This document shows positions 57,578 through 64,000 of a stretch of DNA of 64,000 nucleotides, piece by piece. The DNA lies in the NCBI GenBank assembly GCA_964450865.1, contig CAYVHB010000004.1, positions 40,363 to 104,362 of the forward strand, in the 5' to 3' direction. The notes below the pieces were generated by a model, which was given only the letters and a program-made list of their open reading frames with translations, did no database searches and was not told where the DNA came from. The position numbers and the translations under genes were made by a program. This stretch comes from an uncultured Oscillospiraceae bacterium. Lineage in GTDB: Bacteria; Bacillota; Clostridia; Saccharofermentanales; UBA5734. The number at the start of each line of letters is the position of its first letter. Position 1 is the first letter of the stretch.

Positions 57578-57689
57578 GCCGGAAGCAAGTGTGAAATTCG
57601 ATCATCTGAAACCAGTCAACGAGCAGCAGGCCCTCCAATCCAGGGGGCCTGTTGCTGCGCCGGACCAATCAGACCAATCGGCCTGCTTC

Positions 57690-58283
57690 ATGCGGGAAGC
57701 CCTGCGGGAAGCCCGGCGGGCGGCCCGGCTGGGCGAAGTACCCATCGGTGCGGTCATCGTCCGGGAAGGACTGATTATTGCCAGGGGCAGCAACCGGCGG
57801 GAAACCCGGCAGGATGTCACGCTGCATGCCGAGCTGGTGGCCATTCGCCAGGCCTGTCGCCGCCTGGGCAGCTGGCGACTGCAGGGCTGCCAGCTTTATG
57901 TGACCCTGGAGCCTTGTATCATGTGCGCCGGGGCCATTGTCCAGGCGCGGATCAGCGATGTTTACTATGGGGCAACTGATCCGAAGGCTGGTGCCGCCGG
58001 TTCCATTGTCGATATTTTTGCCATCCGCCAGAATCATCAGGTCCGGGTTCAAGGCGGCTTGCTGGCAGACAGCTGCAAGACAATCTTGCAGGACTTTTTC
58101 CGGGCCCGAAGACAGCTGGACAAGGCCACGGGCAGCCGGGCGGTGCGCCGGGCGGCGGCCATCGCGGCCAATCAGCGGCACCAGCTGCCTAAACCAGCGA
58201 TATCATCGTCTGTGTCAGCGGAACCACCAGAACCACCGTCTCCATCGCCCGTGCCGGCGGCGGAGCAGCCTGCTTCTCATTGA
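57690..58283 (+). CDS. tadA: tRNA-specific adenosine deaminase TadA with Pro-rich C-terminal tail
   Basis: VPIGAVIV, HAELVAI, TLEPCIMCAGAI deaminase zinc motifs align closely with B. subtilis TadA; N-terminal start ambiguous (ATG 57690 lacks SD; in-frame GTG at 57591). Confidence 0.85.
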   Translation: MREALREARRAARLGEVPIGAVIVREGLIIARGSNRRETRQDVTLHAELVAIRQACRRLGSWRLQGCQLYVTLEPCIMCAGAIVQARISDVYYGATDPKAGAAGSIVDIFAIRQNHQVRVQGGLLADSCKTILQDFFRARRQLDKATGSRAVRRAAAIAANQRHQLPKPAISSSVSAEPPEPPSPSPVPAAEQPASH

Positions 58284-58948
58284 CTCTCACCAGGGACTGG
58301 ATCGGGCGAGATCTTTTCACAGCAGATAAAGATCGGCGGGCACGCTGTCGCGTTAACCATTTCAATCTGCTGCACCGCAAAATACGCAACCGGGAGAGTG
58401 CGGACGCAGGCCAGTACGGCATCGTGTTCAGCCAGGCCGCTGTCACCGCCGTAGTACAGGCAGATCAAAACGATCCCGCCCGGGCAGACAAGCCTCAAGG
58501 CCTGGCGGATGGCCGGCAGGGTGGTTTCCGCACGGGTACCGATCTGATGATCACCACCGGGCAGATAGCCCAGATTGAACAGCACGGCCCGCACCCCGGG
58601 GGCTACATAAGCCGCCATCTGATCATGGCTGGCCAGATGCAGCGTGCAGCGGTCGAGGAAACTGGCAGCCTCAAGCCGCTGGCGTGTTTTAGCCAGGGCT
58701 GCCGGCTGGATATCAAAACCGATAACACGGCCGGCCGGACCGACCAGCCCTGCCAAAAAAGCGGTATCGCCACCATTGCCACACGTCGCGTCGACAACCG
58801 TATCACCGGGCTTGATGACAGCCGCGGCATACTGATGCGACAGACCCAACGCGTTGAGAATCACGCCCTTGCCGCGGCCGGACCGGGCGGGGGTCGCGGC
58901 CGGGCTGCTGTTCTGCGTCCTGGCGATTGTGGGTTGGGAATCCGTCAT
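58277..58948 (-). CDS. mnmM: MnmM/YtqB family SAM-dependent tRNA/rRNA methyltransferase
   Basis: ILNALGLSHQYAAAVIKPGDTVVDATCGNGGDTAFLAGLVGPAGRVIGFDIQ and GYLPGGDHQI blocks characteristic of the YtqB (PF06962) family. Confidence 0.75.
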   Translation of the reverse strand: MTDSQPTIARTQNSSPAATPARSGRGKGVILNALGLSHQYAAAVIKPGDTVVDATCGNGGDTAFLAGLVGPAGRVIGFDIQPAALAKTRQRLEAASFLDRCTLHLASHDQMAAYVAPGVRAVLFNLGYLPGGDHQIGTRAETTLPAIRQALRLVCPGGIVLICLYYGGDSGLAEHDAVLACVRTLPVAYFAVQQIEMVNATACPPIFICCEKISPDPVPGESQ

Positions 58949-58991
58949 GGCCTATACCTCCTATATGCCGGCGGCGCATCCGGCGGCCCGA

Positions 58992-61900
58992 TTAGCCACC
59001 ATCAATGATAAAGACACGGCGGCGCCGGATATGCCAGATCAACCGCTGCACGACAGGCTGCAGTACAGCCGCCTCAATCGCCTGGGCATAAAAATCAAGC
59101 TGACGACTATAGCGGGCAGCAAGAACCTGCTGACAGGTCGCATCATCGCCTTCAATCCAGTCAGACTTATAATCTACCAGGATGATTCCTTGCGGACTGC
59201 AAAACCAGCAGTCAATGATGCCCTGCACCAGGACTTGGTCTTCTGCAGCAAAACCGTCTGCCAGATTGTAAACATCCTGCACGGGCAAGGCCAGGGTAAA
59301 AGGAATTTCCCGGTACAAGCCCTGCGGCTGATTCCGGGCAGCAGCCATGCCCGCAGCCAGGTCTGAGCGGGCAAAAGCGGTCAGATCCGCCAGATGGAAC
59401 TGCAGGACAGTTGCTTCCTCCTGTGAAAAAACTGCAGCCTGGACCATTTCGTCAAGCTGGCGACGTATTTCGCCTGCGTCCGGATGATGAACGGCCGCCG
59501 GCAGATCAAGCTGGCGCAAAAAGCGATGGAGCAGGCTGCCGAGGGCTGGCCCCTGATGCAGATCGGGTTTGCCGCCGGCCATTGACTCCCGCAGATTGTG
59601 CAAGGTCAGATTAATCCCCCGCAATTGAACGGTCCGGGACGCCTGGGCTGGCTGGAGTGGCTGGTCCGCTTGAGCCGTTGCTGTCCGGGACGCCTGGGCT
59701 GGCTGGTCCGCTTGTGACAATGCCGGTTGCGACGGTTTTCCCGGCTTAGCCGGGGCTGGCTGCGGGATAGACAGGGTGATTGCCTGATCCTCGCCAAATT
59801 GATTTTCAGCTTGTTCGCGCCGTTTAAATTCACTGACAGCCAGCTTGACCGGCAGCCGGGCCGCCGGGTCATAGCGATAGGCGGCAAATAAATTCTGCCA
59901 GATCCCATCAACGGATTCTGGTGCGATCGTCTGGCCGGCCGCCAGCAACGTATCCAGCGCCTGCCCGGGAGAAAGGGAATTATCAACATGGCTTGTCCGG
60001 TCCAAGACCGGCTGATAGGCCATAACCGGCTGGCCAGTCTGGTCCAGCACCTCGCCCGACAACGGAGAAACTGATGAGATCTGGCCAGATTCAGATGCTG
60101 ATTGTTCACCTTCGTCCTGAGGGCCAAGATAATCGGCAACCGAACACAGATTCAGGCGCCACATACCCTGCGAGGGTGCCGGCAACTGATAACCCGCCAC
60201 CAGATCGGGTGCCACCGCTGACCAGTTGAATGCCGGATGGCGGGCTAAAGCCAGAGCAATCCATTCCAGGTAGCTGCGACAGCCAAGAATCCGGTGCGCC
60301 GGCAACTTCAGTCCAGGATAACGGCGGGCTTGCTCAAGCAAGCGGGCCAGGCGGGGCAGGCCCTTGACCGGGTTGATTTTCAGGGCTGCACTGATGAACA
60401 GCTGGTCTTTGGCCCGGGTCATGGCGACATACAGAAGACGCATTTCCTCAGCCTGCGAAGCGGCCCGGGTTTCCTCGAGCATGGCAAATTTCAGGTGCGT
60501 CGGATAACGCAGACGCCGGTCGGGATCAATCCAGTCGAAGCCAACACCGAGCTTCTCGCTGACCAGGAATGGATCCCGGCGGGCCCGCGGCGCAATATTG
60601 CTATGGGTACCAACCAGGAAAACGACCGGGAATTCGAGGCCCTTGCTGCGATGGATGGTCATCACCCGGATGGCGCTGCTGTTCTCTTTCTCCAGCCCGA
60701 AAGGCGAAGTCTGCACATTGCGTTCGCGCAACCGTTCGATATAGCGCACAAAGCTGAACAGGCCAAGCCGGCGATGCAGCTCATACTGGCTGGCCCATTC
60801 CTGGAATTGCCGCAACTCGCGAATTTTGGCCGCCCCGTTGGGCGAAGCGGCAACCTGGCTGAGATAACCGGTTTCTTCAAACAACAGATCGAGCCATTCG
60901 CTGACCCGCAAGGTCTGCTCACGATCGCGCCAATGTTCCAGCCAGGCGAGGAATGACCGGACTTGCGCCCGCAGCTGATCATCGGGACCATTTTCGGCAT
61001 AGGCCCAGACTGCTTCATGGAAGTGGCGGATCTGGTAAGCGGCGGCTGCCGTGACTGGTGAGGGCTCCCCATCTGTCTCACTTTCATCATCAGGAGAAAT
61101 TCCATCTTGCACCGGCCAGTCTGGCGATTGTGCTGTCTGTATCTGTCCGGCCTGCATCTGCCCGGCTTGTGCCAGTTCCTGGCGGGCCTGGCGTTCGGCC
61201 TGACGGTCTGCCAGACGGATCCTGTACAGAGCGTCAGCCGGGAAACCGCCATTGCAGAGCGGCGAACGCATCACGGCGGCCAGGGGAATATCCTGGCGCG
61301 GATTATCCATCACCATCAGCAGTGCTTCCATCAATTTCAGCTCCGGACTGTCGAGGAAGCCCCCACTGCTGTCTTCGAGGACAGCAATTGCCGCATTCGC
61401 CAGCGCATCACTGAACACGCGGCCGACGGCCCGTGAACGGCTGAGTATGACAATATCCCCGGGCTTGCGGCCGGCAGCCAGCAGTTCACGGATGCGGGCG
61501 ATGACCACCAGGGCTTCACGCTGGTATTGATTCAGTTCGCTGGCAGACAGCAGCCAGCCAGCTTCCAGACTGTCCGTTTCAGGCACGGATGTGCCGGCCA
61601 TGCCGGCAGACATCTCATTTTCCGGCTCAGCCACTGTCCCTTCATCGGACTCAGCCGATGCTGGACGGTCGGCTGGCATCCCTTCACCGGCATCGTCCCG
61701 GGCGGTATCGCCCTGAACCAGATCACCCTGAACCTCATCAGCCAGGGCCCTGTCAACCGCACCATCTGCCGGGTTCAAGCCGGATTCATCCATGGCAGGC
61801 AAGCTGGTATCGACCAGCAGCAATTCCACCGGCACGATCGCCGCCTCGTCAGCGCGGAAAGGAACCAGCGCCTGGTCCTGGTCGTAATCAATTTCACCAG

Positions 61901-63587
61901 CCTGTGGTGACATCAGCTGATAGAAGATCTCATTGACCGCGCCCAGGATCCCGGCCACGCTGCGGAAATTCTGGTTCAAGGCATATAGCTTGCCACGATC
62001 CGGATCACTGAACAAGGCGCATTTAGCCATGAAAATCTGCGGCCGGGCATGGCGGAAGCGGTAAATGCTCTGCTTGACGTCACCAACCATGAAAATATTG
62101 TCCTGCCCGATGGCCTGCAGCAAGGACTCCTGGATACTGCTCGTATCCTGGTATTCATCGATGTAGATCTCCCTGAAGCGCTGACGGTAATAGACACCCG
62201 CTTCCGGCTGGCGCAGGATATGCAGGGCCAGATGCTCGAAGTCACTGAAATCGATCAGGCCCTGCTCACGCTTGAGCGCCTGGTAATGCGGATCGAGGTC
62301 CAGCACCAGGTCAAACAGCTGCCGGATGGCCGGGAGCATGGCGCCAATATCGGCAGCGATGGCTGCCGCCGGCCGGGCAAACCAGTAATGCGTGTCAAAG
62401 ATGAATTCCGCCTGATATTTGGCTGCACCCAGCTTGCCGGTCAGGCAATAAACAGCTTCGGCCACCTCACGGCGGAAAATCTCCAGAAACAGCTGCTTGG
62501 CCGGCGCATCGGTTTTTCTGCCCTGGGGCATCTTCAGGTCGGATATAGAACGGGCCAGCTCGCGGATTGTATCCCAGACACAGGCCTTGCCCTCCGGGAC
62601 TTCAGGCTGGCTGCCTGGCCCGCTGGCCGCTGCATGCAGGACTGCCTGGATCTGGCTCAGTACCGCCAGCACGGCGCGCATCTGGGCGTGAATCTCCCGG
62701 TTGCGTTTCGCCTGCTGGACAAAGGGAACACCCTGGTCGAGCAGATCCAGTAGTTCCGGGGAAGCGGCGCAGGCCCGGTCCAGCAGCAGACCGGCCTGCT
62801 TGCACAGTACGCCGGCCTGGCGACTGGCGGCAAAATCAGCGGCCGTAGCCGTCAGGTCCTGCCAGTAATCTTCAATCCGGGCCAGATAATCCGGCATACT
62901 GCGCAAGAAATAGAAAAAGCGCAAGATCAGCTCACGCAGCGGCTCATCGCTGCGGCTGTTGCCGAAGCTGTCAACCAGACGAAAAAAATCAGCGGTCCAG
63001 GCCGGTAATTGATCAGCCGCCAGGTCGATCTGTTCATATCGCCTGGCCAGCTCGGCATCGAGGGCCTGGCGGCAGAGCAGATCAGCCTCGATGCCATCAT
63101 CAACGGCAAAGCCGGGCTCCACGAGTGGACTGCCGTCCGGCCCGATAGCCAGATGGCTGAAATTGCGGATCACGGTCAGGCAGAAAGCATGGATCGTTGA
63201 AATTGAAGATCCTGGCAGCAAGCGCAGCTGGCGGGTCAGGTAATGGCGCAGCCGGGCTTCCGTGGTCGCCGTCCGGGCAGCCTCCAGCTTGCGCTGGATC
63301 TTTTCCCGCATCTGGCTGGCCGCCGCTTCCGTAAATGTCATCACCAGCACCTGATTGATTTCCAGCTCCTGATTGACAATCCGGCTGACGATCCGGTCGG
63401 TCATGACGGCCGTCTTGCCCGAGCCGGCTGCAGCGGAAACCAGCAGGTTGCCGACCGGCGCGGCAATGATCGCTTGCTGGGCCGGGGTAGGCGCGAAACG
63501 GGGTGCCGCTGTTTCCAGCCCAGGATCAGCTGGCGTTGCCGGCCGACGATCCTCATCCTTCCTGTTCATGGGTGACTCCTCTAACAT
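58992..63587 (-). CDS. addA: ATP-dependent helicase/nuclease subunit A (UvrD-like helicase + C-terminal PD-(D/E)xK nuclease), unusually long (1531 aa)
   Basis: N-terminal UvrD motif I AAAGSGKT, motif II FMVGDVKQSIYRFR, helicase C-domain, C-terminal nuclease GIIDCWFCSPQGIILVDYKSD; large low-complexity insertions; addB immediately upstream. Confidence 0.85.
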   Translation of the reverse strand: MLEESPMNRKDEDRRPATPADPGLETAAPRFAPTPAQQAIIAAPVGNLLVSAAAGSGKTAVMTDRIVSRIVNQELEINQVLVMTFTEAAASQMREKIQRKLEAARTATTEARLRHYLTRQLRLLPGSSISTIHAFCLTVIRNFSHLAIGPDGSPLVEPGFAVDDGIEADLLCRQALDAELARRYEQIDLAADQLPAWTADFFRLVDSFGNSRSDEPLRELILRFFYFLRSMPDYLARIEDYWQDLTATAADFAASRQAGVLCKQAGLLLDRACAASPELLDLLDQGVPFVQQAKRNREIHAQMRAVLAVLSQIQAVLHAAASGPGSQPEVPEGKACVWDTIRELARSISDLKMPQGRKTDAPAKQLFLEIFRREVAEAVYCLTGKLGAAKYQAEFIFDTHYWFARPAAAIAADIGAMLPAIRQLFDLVLDLDPHYQALKREQGLIDFSDFEHLALHILRQPEAGVYYRQRFREIYIDEYQDTSSIQESLLQAIGQDNIFMVGDVKQSIYRFRHARPQIFMAKCALFSDPDRGKLYALNQNFRSVAGILGAVNEIFYQLMSPQAGEIDYDQDQALVPFRADEAAIVPVELLLVDTSLPAMDESGLNPADGAVDRALADEVQGDLVQGDTARDDAGEGMPADRPASAESDEGTVAEPENEMSAGMAGTSVPETDSLEAGWLLSASELNQYQREALVVIARIRELLAAGRKPGDIVILSRSRAVGRVFSDALANAAIAVLEDSSGGFLDSPELKLMEALLMVMDNPRQDIPLAAVMRSPLCNGGFPADALYRIRLADRQAERQARQELAQAGQMQAGQIQTAQSPDWPVQDGISPDDESETDGEPSPVTAAAAYQIRHFHEAVWAYAENGPDDQLRAQVRSFLAWLEHWRDREQTLRVSEWLDLLFEETGYLSQVAASPNGAAKIRELRQFQEWASQYELHRRLGLFSFVRYIERLRERNVQTSPFGLEKENSSAIRVMTIHRSKGLEFPVVFLVGTHSNIAPRARRDPFLVSEKLGVGFDWIDPDRRLRYPTHLKFAMLEETRAASQAEEMRLLYVAMTRAKDQLFISAALKINPVKGLPRLARLLEQARRYPGLKLPAHRILGCRSYLEWIALALARHPAFNWSAVAPDLVAGYQLPAPSQGMWRLNLCSVADYLGPQDEGEQSASESGQISSVSPLSGEVLDQTGQPVMAYQPVLDRTSHVDNSLSPGQALDTLLAAGQTIAPESVDGIWQNLFAAYRYDPAARLPVKLAVSEFKRREQAENQFGEDQAITLSIPQPAPAKPGKPSQPALSQADQPAQASRTATAQADQPLQPAQASRTVQLRGINLTLHNLRESMAGGKPDLHQGPALGSLLHRFLRQLDLPAAVHHPDAGEIRRQLDEMVQAAVFSQEEATVLQFHLADLTAFARSDLAAGMAAARNQPQGLYREIPFTLALPVQDVYNLADGFAAEDQVLVQGIIDCWFCSPQGIILVDYKSDWIEGDDATCQQVLAARYSRQLDFYAQAIEAAVLQPVVQRLIWHIRRRRVFIIDGG

Positions 63588-63765
63588 TCAATTCTGAAGC
63601 GCATGACCAGCCAGAAGGGGACGGCCAAAGGGTATTTGTCCAGGCAAATCCGTCTTCCGTTATGGCCGGTTGCGCATAGCCGGCCAAAGGGGCAGCCAAA
63701 GGTCTTGATCAGGGGGCTCATGCTATTGGTGGCCATTTCTTTGCGGCCCTGCTGCCGTCATGACC

Positions 63766-64000
63766 TCAACCGGCTGAATCGCCGGGCTGTTCCGCGCCAG
63801 ATCCTGGCGGCACGCTGTGCAGCAGCTGCAAAAACTGATCCTTTTTATGCGGCGGCCGGCAGTCTGCGGCCAGCAGCCCGCTGAGCGGCGGCAGCTGGTC
63901 AAAGCGATCCTGACGGCGGTCAAAACCGCACACCGCGTTGTACTGACAATAAACACAAGCGGGCTGATGCCCGGTTATTTTGCGCGGACAGGCCGAAAAT
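63766..64000 (-). CDS. addB: ATP-dependent helicase/nuclease subunit B, C-terminal fragment (5' end outside window)
   Basis: Minus-strand frame reads ...FSACPRKITGHQPACVYCQYNAVCGFDRRQDRFDQ..., the AddB C-terminal Fe-S motif C-x2-C-x5-C; stop TGA at 63768-63766; positioned before addA. Confidence 0.7.
   Translation of the reverse strand, partial: FSACPRKITGHQPACVYCQYNAVCGFDRRQDRFDQLPPLSGLLAADCRPPHKKDQFLQLLHSVPPGSGAEQPGDSAG

Noticed and set aside
63723-63956. 77-aa minus-strand ORF from track
   Set aside because: Wrong frame. The adjacent frame encodes the AddB C-terminal Fe-S motif and is the real gene (partial).

Overview
This 64 kb window is high-GC (about 60%) chromosomal DNA, densely coding on both strands. 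Its gene content is typical of a Gram-positive Bacillota (Firmicutes/Clostridia-like) genome, and it looks like core chromosome rather than a mobile island. I found no CRISPR array, transposase, integrase, tRNA/rRNA or restriction-modification genes.

Coding content, in order:
- The 3' end of the S10 ribosomal operon (rpsJ, rplC, rplD) with its promoter and leader.
- A membrane protein and a Cys-rich DUF3795 protein.
- A Tat-lipoprotein with a molybdopterin oxidoreductase (YedY/sulfite-oxidase-like) fold.
- An ICMT-family methyltransferase.
- A secreted serpin lipoprotein, followed by 105-bp tandem repeats and inverted-repeat elements.
- A polysaccharide deacetylase lipoprotein, Hsp33, and a SAM methyltransferase.
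- The cell-envelope cluster ctpA, M23 peptidase, ftsX, ftsE.
- A CdaR/PucR regulator and msmK/ugpC.
- An argC-argB-argD-argF operon with an ARG-box promoter and a translationally coupled GNAT. I propose this GNAT as a short-form N-acetylglutamate synthase.
- An FMN riboswitch (promoter, aptamer, terminator) upstream of a RibU-like ECF S-component.
- alr, nnr, trxA, metA, a uridine-kinase-like gene, a DUF554 gene, an nfeD-floT flotillin operon, and a DUF1836 regulator.
- Two paralogous polar amino-acid ABC transporters, a GDPD-MFS-ROK cluster, an MBL-fold hydrolase, DUF4153, and an iron-chelate-type ABC transporter.
- A PHP phosphoesterase, a zinc-ribbon membrane protein, DUF3842, a galactokinase-family kinase, tadA, mnmM/ytqB, addA and the 3' end of addB.

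Most unusual:
- A 1047-aa membrane-anchored modular protein (41064-44207). It has four tandem beta-rich repeats, a Pro/Ala linker and a roughly 420-aa C-terminal domain of atypical composition and unknown function.
- A recurring pattern of tandem duplications straddling gene stop codons (metA, udk-like, and the amino-acid-binding protein gene).
- Low-complexity Pro/Ala-rich extensions or insertions in otherwise conserved housekeeping proteins (FtsE, Nnr, TadA, AddA, Hsp33).
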